The notes below the pieces were generated by a model, which saw only the letters and a program-made list of their open reading frames with translations, was not told the origin of the DNA and did not search any database. The translations under genes and the position numbers were made by a program. This document shows positions 27,168 through 37,824 of a DNA stretch of 64,000 nucleotides, in pieces. The stretch's first letter is position 1, and every line of letters starts with the position of its first letter. Origin of the DNA: Treponemataceae bacterium (GTDB lineage Bacteria; Spirochaetota; Spirochaetia; Treponematales; Rectinemataceae); contig CAXXVZ010000005.1 of NCBI GenBank assembly GCA_963678065.2, positions 160,001-224,000 on the forward strand, read 5' to 3'.

Positions 27168-28229
27168 ATGGAACGCAAACGAATACTGACGGGCGACCGC
27201 CCCACCGGAAAACTCCACCTCGGCCACTATGTCGGCAGTCTCGCCAACCGCGTCCGCCTCCAGGACGAGTACGAGTGCTTCTTCATCATCGCCGACCTCC
27301 ACACCCTGACCACCAAGCCCGAGAAAGAGAACATCGCGGCCCTGGCGGAAAACGTCCGCTCGGCCGCCCTCGACTACCTCGCCTGCGGCATCGACCCGGC
27401 GCGCTCGGTCATCTACCTCCAGTCGGCCGTGCCCGAAGTCGTCGAGCTCTCGCTCTTTTTCCAGAACCTGATCACCGTGCCGCGCCTCTCGCGCGTGCCG
27501 AGCCTCAAGGAGATGGCCCAGGGAGCAGGCATCGAGGAGATGCCCTTCGGACTCCTCGGCTACCCCGTCCTCCAGGCGGCCGACATCCTCCTGCCGCGCG
27601 CCCACTTGGTCCCGGTCGGCAAGGACAACGTCGCCCACGTCGAGGTCACGCGCGAAATCGCGAGGCGCTTCAACTACCTCTACGGCGAGACCTTCCCCGT
27701 CCCCGAAGTCCTCGTCTCCGAGTTCGGAAGCCTCGTCGGCACGGACGGCAACGCCAAGATGTCCAAGTCCCTGGGCAACGCCATCTTCCTCTCGGACGAC
27801 GAGAAGACCGTCACGAAGCGCGTCATGTCCATGTACACTGACCCCAAGCGCATCTCGGCCGACATTCCCGGCACCGTCGAGGGCAACCCGGTCTTCCAGT
27901 ACCACGACGCCTTCAACCCGAACCTGGCCGAAGTCGAGGACCTCAAAGCCCGCTACCGCGCCGGCAAAGTCGGCGACGTCGAGGTGAAGGAGAAGCTGGC
28001 CCGCGCTCTCAACACCTTCCTCGACCCGATCCGCGAGCGCCGCGCCAAGTACGAGTCGACCAACGGCCTCGCCGACGAAGTCGTCTACGACGGCACCATG
28101 AAGATGCGCGAGGAAGCCCGCATGACGCTCGCAGCCGCGAAGAAGGCTATGGGCATTTCGGCGGTCTGGAACCGCATCTCCCGAAAAGCAGAGGACGTTA
28201 AGAAAAAGCGTGCCCAACAACAGGCCTGA
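27168..28229 (+). CDS. trpS: Tryptophan-tRNA ligase
   Basis: TGDRPTGKLHLGH, YPVLQAADIL, VPVGKD, KMSKS. Confidence 0.98.
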   Translation: MERKRILTGDRPTGKLHLGHYVGSLANRVRLQDEYECFFIIADLHTLTTKPEKENIAALAENVRSAALDYLACGIDPARSVIYLQSAVPEVVELSLFFQNLITVPRLSRVPSLKEMAQGAGIEEMPFGLLGYPVLQAADILLPRAHLVPVGKDNVAHVEVTREIARRFNYLYGETFPVPEVLVSEFGSLVGTDGNAKMSKSLGNAIFLSDDEKTVTKRVMSMYTDPKRISADIPGTVEGNPVFQYHDAFNPNLAEVEDLKARYRAGKVGDVEVKEKLARALNTFLDPIRERRAKYESTNGLADEVVYDGTMKMREEARMTLAAAKKAMGISAVWNRISRKAEDVKKKRAQQQA

Positions 28230-28335
28230 CGGCTCGGTTTCGCGGGTCGCATGCCTGCGGGGGAAGCGCCAAAACAGCCCAGATGTAAAGTGATTGGGCG
28301 TTTCCCTTTAGCGGCTGCCCGAAAGCATGTGATCC

Positions 28336-29457
28336 GTGATAAAAGTCGATATCACTCTTGGAGGACGCTCTTTCTTCGTAGGTCCAAACGCATCAGGCAA
28401 ATCCAACCTGCTCGATTCGTTTCGCTTTATGGCGGATCTGGTCAAACGGGGCGGTGGCCTCCAGCGAGCTCTTTCAGACCGGGGAGGACTCCAGAAAATT
28501 CGTTGTCTTGCAGCCAGGGCGACACCATCAGTCGTCCTCGAATTCGAATTGGAACGAGGCGGCGAAACACCAACCACATGGAAATACCGACTAGTATTGA
28601 AGCAAGAGCGTTCTGGCGCAAAGCGGAACATTGTGGCACAAGAACAAGTTTGGGAGAAGGACAAACTCATCCTCGACAGACCGAATGCCGAAGACCTACG
28701 CGACGACTTGCGGCTGACACAAACAAGTCTTGAACAGATCAGTGCAAATGGAGAATCCCGTGCCGTCTACGATTTTTTTGGATCTTTTCGCTACTTGCAT
28801 ATAGTACCACAGGTGACCAAGACTCCGGAAGTTTTCTCCAACGCTCGGACTACTGTCGAAGACGATGTTTACGGAATAAAATTCCTCGAACAGGTCGCAC
28901 GCACCACCCCCAAAGTCAGGGCATCCCGGTTGGCTCGTATCCAGAAAGCGCTCCAGGTCGCCGTACCACAGTTGGGGGATCTCCAGAATTCCACTGATGA
29001 AACCGGCACTCCACACCTCGAGGTCAGACTCGAGCATTGGCGACCGAATGCAGGCAGACAACAAGAAAATCAACTTTCAGATGGAACATTGAGGCTTATA
29101 GGTATCCTTTGGACCATTTTGGAAACAAAGGAACTTATCATGCTCGAAGAGCCAGAGCTCTCACTGCATCCTGGAATCGTATCCCGTCTCGCGCCACTCA
29201 TGTATCGTGTCAACCGCACAAAAAAGGAGACTTCCCAGATCCTGGTCAGCACCCATAGCGCTGACCTTCTTTCTGACAAAGGAATTGGGATGAAAGAAGT
29301 CTTTATCCTTTCTCCCGGCAGGGAAGGAACCACTGTAAAATCGGCTGCGGACATTGAAGAAGTCAGAGTGCTGATGGAGACAGGAGCATCTCCCGCAGAT
29401 GCAGTGATTCCATACAGTGCACCAAATAGTGTTGAACAACTCAACCTATTCGAATGA
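28336..29457 (+). CDS. AAA_21/ABC-type ATPase, probably 5'-truncated
   Basis: Walker A GPNASGKSN, LSDGTLR, MLEEPELSLHP, STHS; lower GC than the flanks. Confidence 0.85.
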   Translation: MIKVDITLGGRSFFVGPNASGKSNLLDSFRFMADLVKRGGGLQRALSDRGGLQKIRCLAARATPSVVLEFELERGGETPTTWKYRLVLKQERSGAKRNIVAQEQVWEKDKLILDRPNAEDLRDDLRLTQTSLEQISANGESRAVYDFFGSFRYLHIVPQVTKTPEVFSNARTTVEDDVYGIKFLEQVARTTPKVRASRLARIQKALQVAVPQLGDLQNSTDETGTPHLEVRLEHWRPNAGRQQENQLSDGTLRLIGILWTILETKELIMLEEPELSLHPGIVSRLAPLMYRVNRTKKETSQILVSTHSADLLSDKGIGMKEVFILSPGREGTTVKSAADIEEVRVLMETGASPADAVIPYSAPNSVEQLNLFE

Positions 29458-29931
29458 ATATCATCAATTTTTCTGTCGAGGATGATCTCAGCGAATCCGT
29501 CCTCAGAAAAATATTAATCACGGAAGGCAAGATTGCGGGAAGACGATATCCTGACCGGGACAGAGTGTCAGTCCCCCCCGGCAAAGGGCATCTCCTCAAT
29601 AAAATCATTCAGTATAACAATTTCTTCCGTCTTGATCGATTTATCATGCTTCTGGATCTGGATCAGGAAAAATGCGGGCCTTCTGCATATCGCAAGCTGA
29701 AGCCTGCTCAACAAAATCCGGGTTTTTTCCTTCGCTTCGCTGTCCGGGAAATAGAATCCTGGATCCTCGCCGACAGGAAGGGATTTGCCAATTTCCTTGG
29801 CCTGTCAGTCGGGCAAATGCCACCAGATCCAGAGGCGCTCATGGATCCGAAAGGTACCCTGGAATATCGATGAAGCAACAGCCAAGTCCGACAGTCTTCG
29901 ACGTACACGGCGCGCAATCTCGGAATTCTGA
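29454..29931 (+). pseudogene. DUF4276-like TOPRIM protein with internal deletion and frameshift
   Basis: VEDDLS, LLDLD, VREIESWILAD, DPK; a family-like C-terminus WNIDEATAKSDSLRRTRRAISEF* sits in the +1 frame at 29860-29931. Confidence 0.72.
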
Positions 29932-30031
29932 TGTGCAGCCGACAATGCAAACCTGATTCAAGATGAATCCGATCCTTGAATACCCCTTCATCCGCCATTA
30001 GAATGGCCGTATACGCACGAACGGAGTCTGC

Positions 30032-33000
30032 ATGGCTTCCACTATTCCCTTTGTATCCGACACACCCCGCAAGCGGGGCCGCCCGCGAAAAATCCGCCCG
30101 GAAGCCACGCAGCCCGGCGCGGGCACCGGGACTGCCTTCGACATCGACCTGCCGGAAGACTTCCTGAATACAGACACTCAGCTCCCGGGCACGAAAAAAT
30201 CCCGTGCAATCAAAGAATACCCTTCAGGCCCCGGGAATCCATACGCTCAGGCGAGGCACACACGGCAATCCAAACCGGAGGCAGCCTTCCTTCTGGAAAA
30301 ACGGGAGTCAGTTGTCCTTTTGAGTCTCGTGGACCGAAAGGGAAAACCCGTCGTTCCCGATTATCGCCGGTATGCGGGCCTCGCGCGCGACGCTGTCCGC
30401 GACTACTCGGTGAGACTCTCCCGCGAGGCCGATGTCTTTCACTGGAACGCGAACCGGGGTGCGGGCGACCAACCGCATGAAAGCGGGGGACTGGCAGCCC
30501 CGGAACCCCGGCTTCTCGACCTCGCGGCCCAGGCGGGAATGCTCGTGGATCGGTCCGGTCTGCCTATCACCGTTCCGGACCATGAGGCCAGCCTCGTCAT
30601 CTCTGTCGAAAAGTCAAAAAACGGAACCTTCAAAGCCGCTCTGCAGCTTTCAGCCGCGGAATCGGAGAACGCGGCGCCTCGGGACAGGACGATTCCCCTC
30701 TCGGTGTCGCCCCGGCACGCCCTGTGCGGGCAGCTTCTGTATTCGATACCCGACCTGGGTCCCGAATGGCAGGAGGATCTCCGCTCCGCCACCAACATAA
30801 AGCGGGAGGATCTTCCCGTCATCCTCTCCCTCGCGCTCTCCCGCCTGAACGGACTCGGGCTCGAATTTCCGCCCTACTCGGTCGTGCGGACCAGTCCGAG
30901 GACTGCGAAGCCGGCCCTTGTCTTCAGCGCTGTCGACGCGTACGGATACCTCCACATCCGCCCCGTCTCCACCCTTCCGGGATATCCGCCAGGCTTTTTC
31001 GAGGAACGGGACATCATGCGCGTTGTCGAGATCGACGACGACGAAAATGAAATCCGGATCGCCGATGTGCTCTTCCCCGCCCCCGTCGACGAAACTTTCC
31101 GCTCCCTTTTCGCGGGGCTCGGAAAGGCAGCCAAAAACGGTGTGTTCGAAGAGGGCGGGTACTTCATCCTCAGCCCCGATTTCGCGGAACGCTTCCTTTC
31201 GGAATCCATGGGCAAACTGATGGACGATTTCCTTCTCTTCGAATCGGAAAAACTCGCGACCTTCCGCATCCGGCCTTCCAAACCCAGGCTCAGGCTCTCG
31301 CTCGCCTCGGGAATCGATTTTCTTGAAGGAAGCGCGCTCGTCGAAATCGGGGGAGAAACCTTTTCGTACGCCCGCTTCCTCAAGGATGTCCGCAGGCAAT
31401 CGTACATCGAACTTTCGGACGGGACGAGGGCCTACCCGGAGCGAAGCGAAGTAGACCGTTTCGAGCGCATCCTCAGGCGTGTCCGGGGCGACGACGACCT
31501 CGTCCGGGTGTCGTTTTTCGATTACCCCCTTCTCGCGGGAGACGGGAGCAGCCTCACCGACGGCGATGCGTGGAAACGCCCCGAAGCCTTCTATCGAGGA
31601 TACAATTCCATCCATGCCCGGTCCGCCGCGGCGAGCCAGGGAGCGGAGGGACAGGAAGGATTTTCCGTCCGCGAAGGTGAACTGCGTCCATACCAGAATT
31701 ACGGCGCGCTCTGGATGGATTATCTCAGATCGCACGGACTCGGCGCCTGCCTCGCGGACGAGATGGGACTCGGCAAGACCGTGCAGACCATAGCCCTCCT
31801 GCGCAAAGTATACCGGGAAGGCGAGACTGCGCAGAGTCTCGTTGTCATGCCGCGCTCTCTCCTGTTCAACTGGATGGCCGAATTCGCCCGCTTCGCTCCC
31901 GAGCTGCGGGTGAGCATACACCACGGCGTGGACAGGAGCGCCCGCTCGCTGGTGGATACACAGATCATCCTCACGACCTACGCGATCCTCAGGCACGACG
32001 CGGACTGGATCGAAAAAATAGACCTCTGCTATCTTGTCCTGGACGAATCGCAGACCATCAAGAATGCCGGGACAAAAACAACCCACGCCGTACTGCGGCT
32101 CAAATCGCACCACAGACTCGCGCTCAGCGGAACCCCGATCGAGAACAACCTCGGGGAGCTGTATTCCCTCTTCAGCTTTCTCAATCCGGGAATGTTCGGC
32201 ATCCAGTCCGACTTCATGGAGCGATACATCAGGCCGATCCAGGACCGGGGCGACGAGGAAGCCCTGCACGACCTCAAGACCCGCATTTTCCCCTTCCTCC
32301 TGCGGCGCATGAAAAAGGACGTCCTTCCGGAACTTCCCGAAAAGAGCGAACAGGTTTCATGGATCGAGCTCGACGAAAACCACCTGGCCCTTTATCACCG
32401 CAGACGGGCGGAACTGAAGACGGCGATCGAAAAGAAAGTCAGAGGCGAAGGACTCGCGAAGAGCCGCCTTCTCATCCTGCAGGCCTTCACGGAATTGCGG
32501 CGGCTGGCCAGCGTCCCCGAAGCGGAGTGGGATCTCGGAACTCCCTCTTCCAAACGCGAGCTTCTGAAAGAGCGGATTCCGGAAATCAGCCAGAACGGGC
32601 ACAAATGCCTCGTGTTCACCAATTACCTGGCTTCTGTGGAACTCATCTCCCGGGACCTCACCGATCTCGGCATCGAAAACCTCGTCATGACAGGGGCGAC
32701 GGGCGACCGGCAGTCGCTCGTCAGGCAATTCCAGACCGATCCCGCGATCAAGGCCTTCGTCATGACCCTGAAAACGGGAGGTCTCGGGCTGAACCTGACG
32801 GCGGCCGACTATGTTTTCATCTTCGATCCCTGGTGGAACCGGAGCGCCGAATCCCAGGCCATAGACCGCACCCACCGCATGGGACAGAGGAATCCCGTCT
32901 TCTGCTATCGGCTCATAGCCAAGGATACGATCGAGGAAAAAATCCTGAAGTTGCAGGAAATGAAAACGGGTCTCGTCTCCTCCCTCATCTCGTCGGATGC

Positions 33001-33055
33001 CGATGCTTTCAAGACTCTGGATGAGGGCGACATCGACTATCTTCTCGATCAGTAG
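30032..33055 (+). CDS. SNF2-family ATPase/helicase with N-terminal AT-hook
   Basis: LADEMGLGKT, LDESQTIKN, LSGTPIEN, GLGLNLTAAD, QAIDRTHRMGQ; N-terminal RKRGRPRK. Confidence 0.93.
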   Translation: MASTIPFVSDTPRKRGRPRKIRPEATQPGAGTGTAFDIDLPEDFLNTDTQLPGTKKSRAIKEYPSGPGNPYAQARHTRQSKPEAAFLLEKRESVVLLSLVDRKGKPVVPDYRRYAGLARDAVRDYSVRLSREADVFHWNANRGAGDQPHESGGLAAPEPRLLDLAAQAGMLVDRSGLPITVPDHEASLVISVEKSKNGTFKAALQLSAAESENAAPRDRTIPLSVSPRHALCGQLLYSIPDLGPEWQEDLRSATNIKREDLPVILSLALSRLNGLGLEFPPYSVVRTSPRTAKPALVFSAVDAYGYLHIRPVSTLPGYPPGFFEERDIMRVVEIDDDENEIRIADVLFPAPVDETFRSLFAGLGKAAKNGVFEEGGYFILSPDFAERFLSESMGKLMDDFLLFESEKLATFRIRPSKPRLRLSLASGIDFLEGSALVEIGGETFSYARFLKDVRRQSYIELSDGTRAYPERSEVDRFERILRRVRGDDDLVRVSFFDYPLLAGDGSSLTDGDAWKRPEAFYRGYNSIHARSAAASQGAEGQEGFSVREGELRPYQNYGALWMDYLRSHGLGACLADEMGLGKTVQTIALLRKVYREGETAQSLVVMPRSLLFNWMAEFARFAPELRVSIHHGVDRSARSLVDTQIILTTYAILRHDADWIEKIDLCYLVLDESQTIKNAGTKTTHAVLRLKSHHRLALSGTPIENNLGELYSLFSFLNPGMFGIQSDFMERYIRPIQDRGDEEALHDLKTRIFPFLLRRMKKDVLPELPEKSEQVSWIELDENHLALYHRRRAELKTAIEKKVRGEGLAKSRLLILQAFTELRRLASVPEAEWDLGTPSSKRELLKERIPEISQNGHKCLVFTNYLASVELISRDLTDLGIENLVMTGATGDRQSLVRQFQTDPAIKAFVMTLKTGGLGLNLTAADYVFIFDPWWNRSAESQAIDRTHRMGQRNPVFCYRLIAKDTIEEKILKLQEMKTGLVSSLISSDADAFKTLDEGDIDYLLDQ

Positions 33056-33083
33056 AAACGAAAAAGGGCAAACGGGAAAGGCG

Positions 33084-34991
33084 ATGAAAAAAAACGGAAA
33101 ACCGACCGCGATGGGCACTCAAACCCTGTTTGTCGATGATGGGACGGTCGAGGGGATTCCGCACCGTCCCGACAGTCCCAAAAAACGCAAACTCATGAAT
33201 GCGCTCGCCGTTTTCACTATGGATCGACTCTCCCTGATGATCATGCAGCTCGCCGGAAAGTTGCCCCGCGGCGAAACCAAGGCAAAACTCTGCGAGCTCC
33301 TGGCTGACATCCTGTCATTCGAAAACAAGGAAGAATTCGACGCTCTGATCGGCGCAAAATCCCCCCTGTTCAGGGCCGTCCTCGAGAAGACAGCGTTCAC
33401 CGGCTTCGCGAACATTCGGGAACTGGAAAAGAAGTTCGGAATCCCGATTCTGGAGCGGACACGGGAATACGGATACGCCTGGTCCATCTCACTCTCCGCA
33501 TCCTGCGGACTCTCCGGACTTTTCACGATCTGCGATCTCGACTCCCTGGCCCTCGATGATTTCTTTCGCGCATTTTTTGTGCCCTTCCTTCCAAAACCTG
33601 TCGGATACGATCCGGAGCCCCTCTCCCGATCCGAAACGGCAAGCTGGAGCAACGAGGAGGGCATAGCCGACACGGCCCCCCTCGTGGTCGATTTCATCGT
33701 CGACCTCGAAAAGACAAGGAACAGGCATGACGTGGTGCAGAAGGGACTGCTCGTCGCCGAAGCGCGGAAATTCTCCGAAGTCTGCGGCCTGAAAGATTTC
33801 CCGGAGGGAGTAAAGCTGAAGCTTCAATCCGGCGATCTCCTAACGAGATTCATTGCGGCCTTCAGCCCTCCGAAACTCGCCCGCCCTGCGGATCCCGATG
33901 CTGCCGATGCCTGGATCAAGAGCCTGGCAGTGAATTTTTTCAGCCACGAGAGAATCAGGGAATACACGACGGAGAATGCCACATCCCTTTTCGAATTCCG
34001 CTGCCTGCTCGACTACCTGACTCGCAGGCAAGGCATCAACTATTATAATTACCTCATTTTCCCGCACATCCGCTCCGCTTTCAGGGACGCCCTTCGGAGG
34101 GTTGCAGCAGTGCGGGAGTGGTTTTCGCCCGATGCTCTCTATGATTCCTGCCTGTACAGGGGACAGTGCCTCTCTCTCGCGCTCTCCGGCGAAGATGCGA
34201 ACGATCTGTTTCTGAGAGGCGATTCCATCCTGCGGGGGGACGAAGAGCATGAGCGCGATCCCTACGAAAAGAACATCGCCATCACCGCCTCCCTGTATCC
34301 CTTCGCGATCGGCAGACCGCTCTTCAAAGCCTACGCGTATCTCTTCGCCACGCTCGGAATCCTGGAAATACGGGAAGCTCCGCCTGCCCGCACGGTCAGA
34401 AAAGGCTCGGAACTCATCCCCGTCTCGCCCTACGAAGCTCTCGCCGGACTCCGCCTGACGCCCTTCGGCGCCTGGTGCCTCGATCTCAAACAGGAGAAAC
34501 CCCTGCGGGCCCGGAAAACCTCCCTGATCCTGCCGGACCCCGACCTCCTCATCATCACCTTCAAAGGAGAATCTCTTGAAAAGCGGCTTTTTCTGGACCG
34601 GATCGGCACGCGGCTCGGCGACGAGCGCTATCGGGTCACGGATGCCAGTTTCATCGCCGGATGTCATACCCAGGAGGAAATCGCGGCCCGCGCCACACGC
34701 TTCGGGGAACTTGTCGGAACGGACATACCGCCGCTCTGGAAGCGTTTCCTGGACGGAATCCTGAAAAAGTCCCGCGTCTTTGCCCTACCTCAGAAGGCCT
34801 TCATATTCACCCTGCCCGACGATCCGGAATTCCGGCAGGCCTTCCGCATCGATCCTGTCCTGAAATCCCTCGCCATCAAGGCCGAGGGCGGACGTGTCGC
34901 CGTTCCCGCAGGAGATTTCGCCAGACTCGCGAAAGCTCTCGAGGATCGCGGCTTTTTCTGTCCGACTCCCAAAACGGGGAAAAAACGATGA
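33084..34991 (+). CDS. Large hypothetical protein downstream of SNF2
   Basis: 635-aa ORF starting 28 nt after SNF2; its stop overlaps the next ATG; no catalytic motif recognised. Confidence 0.8.
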   Translation: MKKNGKPTAMGTQTLFVDDGTVEGIPHRPDSPKKRKLMNALAVFTMDRLSLMIMQLAGKLPRGETKAKLCELLADILSFENKEEFDALIGAKSPLFRAVLEKTAFTGFANIRELEKKFGIPILERTREYGYAWSISLSASCGLSGLFTICDLDSLALDDFFRAFFVPFLPKPVGYDPEPLSRSETASWSNEEGIADTAPLVVDFIVDLEKTRNRHDVVQKGLLVAEARKFSEVCGLKDFPEGVKLKLQSGDLLTRFIAAFSPPKLARPADPDAADAWIKSLAVNFFSHERIREYTTENATSLFEFRCLLDYLTRRQGINYYNYLIFPHIRSAFRDALRRVAAVREWFSPDALYDSCLYRGQCLSLALSGEDANDLFLRGDSILRGDEEHERDPYEKNIAITASLYPFAIGRPLFKAYAYLFATLGILEIREAPPARTVRKGSELIPVSPYEALAGLRLTPFGAWCLDLKQEKPLRARKTSLILPDPDLLIITFKGESLEKRLFLDRIGTRLGDERYRVTDASFIAGCHTQEEIAARATRFGELVGTDIPPLWKRFLDGILKKSRVFALPQKAFIFTLPDDPEFRQAFRIDPVLKSLAIKAEGGRVAVPAGDFARLAKALEDRGFFCPTPKTGKKR

Positions 34992-35806
34992 AAAAATACC
35001 TCGTGCTGGCCGGCAACATCGGCGCCGGCAAATCAACCCTCGTCGGACTCCTGTGCGACAGACTCGGCTTCTCGCCCTACTACGAACCTGTTTCGGAAAA
35101 TCCCTACCTCGAAGATTTCTACGCCGACATGAAGCGCTGGGCCTTCCATTCGCAGGCATACTTTCTCACGCACCGCGTCATGGCCCACCGCGCCCTCATG
35201 GACGATCCGCGATCGGTCGTGCAGGACCGATCGGTCTACGAAGACGCCGAGGTATTTGCCCGCAACCTCTACCTGCAGGGGAACATGACCGGGCGCGACT
35301 GGGCGACCTACCGCGAGCTCTACGATACGGTGATCGGACTCCTGCCTCCGCCCGACCTCGTCATCTACCTCCGCGCCTCGGTCCCCACCCTGCGCGCCCG
35401 CATAGCCCTCCGCGGCCGGGACTTCGAATCCGCCATACCCGAGAGGTATCTGGAAGGACTCAACGGACTCTACGAATCCTGGATCGAAGGTTTCAGCCTT
35501 TCTCCCGTCGTCGTCGTCCCCGGCGACCGGCTCGACTTCGTGGCCGATTCGGCCGATCTCGAAGCCATCGTGGAGACGGTCCAAAACCGTCTTTCCGACA
35601 GGCAGGGCAGTCTCTTCCCTGACGAGTGCGGCCCGAAAGCGCGGACCTCCTGCCTCGGCTCATCCGATGGAGGAAACCGGCACCGCCATTCAGTGCGGGA
35701 TGTATCGGGCCGCTTCGCGATCGATCCCGGTCATCGGCAAAGCGGAGCGGAGATCGATCCCTCATCCCCCCCCGATGGAAGCCGCGAAGAGAACCTTTTG
35801 GTATAA
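34988..35806 (+). CDS. Deoxynucleoside kinase
   Basis: AGNIGAGKST, ENPYLEDFY, QDRSVYED, PDLVIYL, RGRDFE; ATGA-coupled start; unusually long C-terminal tail. Confidence 0.92.
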   Translation: MKKYLVLAGNIGAGKSTLVGLLCDRLGFSPYYEPVSENPYLEDFYADMKRWAFHSQAYFLTHRVMAHRALMDDPRSVVQDRSVYEDAEVFARNLYLQGNMTGRDWATYRELYDTVIGLLPPPDLVIYLRASVPTLRARIALRGRDFESAIPERYLEGLNGLYESWIEGFSLSPVVVVPGDRLDFVADSADLEAIVETVQNRLSDRQGSLFPDECGPKARTSCLGSSDGGNRHRHSVRDVSGRFAIDPGHRQSGAEIDPSSPPDGSREENLLV

Positions 35807-35829
35807 GCCCGCTTCTGCCTCATGTCCGG

Positions 35830-36800
<971 letters not shown>

Positions 36801-36804
<4 letters not shown>

Positions 36805-37814
36805 CTGACACCTCCAGCTGCAGAACAGAGATGGCAGGCGACACGACGGTCCGGGCCGAGGAGGGTCATCGCGGGGTATTCCCGAAGGCAGATTTTCATC
36901 GCCTTCGCGCAGCGCGGCGCGAAACGACAGCCCGCGGGCAGGTTGAGCAGGTTGGGCACGACGCCTGGAATCGAGTCGAGGATTTCCTTGTCTTTCACGA
37001 GGGAAGGTATGGAATTGAGGAGTCCCTGCGTGTAGGGGTGCAATGGATTGTCGAAGAGCTCGACTGTCGGCGCCTCCTCGATGATGCGCCCCGCGTACAT
37101 GACGATGACGCGCTGGCAGGTCTCGGCCACGACGGCGAGGTTATGCGTTATCAGCATGACGGCGGTGTCGAGCTCGTTCTTGAGCGCCTTCATGAGTTCG
37201 AGAATCTGCGCCTGGATCGTCACGTCGAGGGCCGTCGTCGGCTCGTCCGCGATGAGGAGCCGGGGTTTGCAGGCCAGGGCCATGGCTATCATGACGCGCT
37301 GGCGCATCCCGCCGGAGAGGGCGTGCGGATATTCCTCGGCGACTTTTTCCGGCCTCGATATTCCCACAAGCTTCAGCATCTTTACCGATTCATCCCAAGC
37401 CTCTTTTCTGGAAACCTTCAGGTGGTGGATGAAGACCTCCGAGAGCTGGGCGCCGATCGTGAATACGGGGTTGAGCGATGTCATCGGCTCCTGGAATATC
37501 ATGGAAATCTTGTTTCCCCGTATCCTGCGCATTTCCTTTTCGGACATGGCGACAAGATCGAGGCCGTCGAGGGTTATGGAAGAGCCCTTCATTATCCTGC
37601 CCATGGGTTTGGGCAGAAGTCCCATGATCGAGAGCGATGTCACCGACTTGCCGCAGCCCGACTCCCCCACGAGGCCGAGAAATTCACCTTTGTGTATGTC
37701 GAAGCTGATGCCGTCCACGGCCGGGACGAGGCCATCCTCGGTGTAGAAATACGTTCGCAGGTCTTTGACCCCGACGAGGGTTTCATTGGCCTCGTAGTTT
37801 TTCATCTGTGCCAT
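36801..37814 (-). CDS. Oligo/dipeptide ABC transporter ATP-binding protein (OppD/DppD)
   Basis: [33 protein letters not shown]. Confidence 0.95.
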
Positions 37815-37824
37815 TTTTCAGCCC

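Noticed and set aside
28140..28335. Integration (att) site at the trpS 3' end, suggested by a codon-usage shift
   Set aside because: I found no duplicated trpS 3' segment, integrase or terminal repeats in the window.
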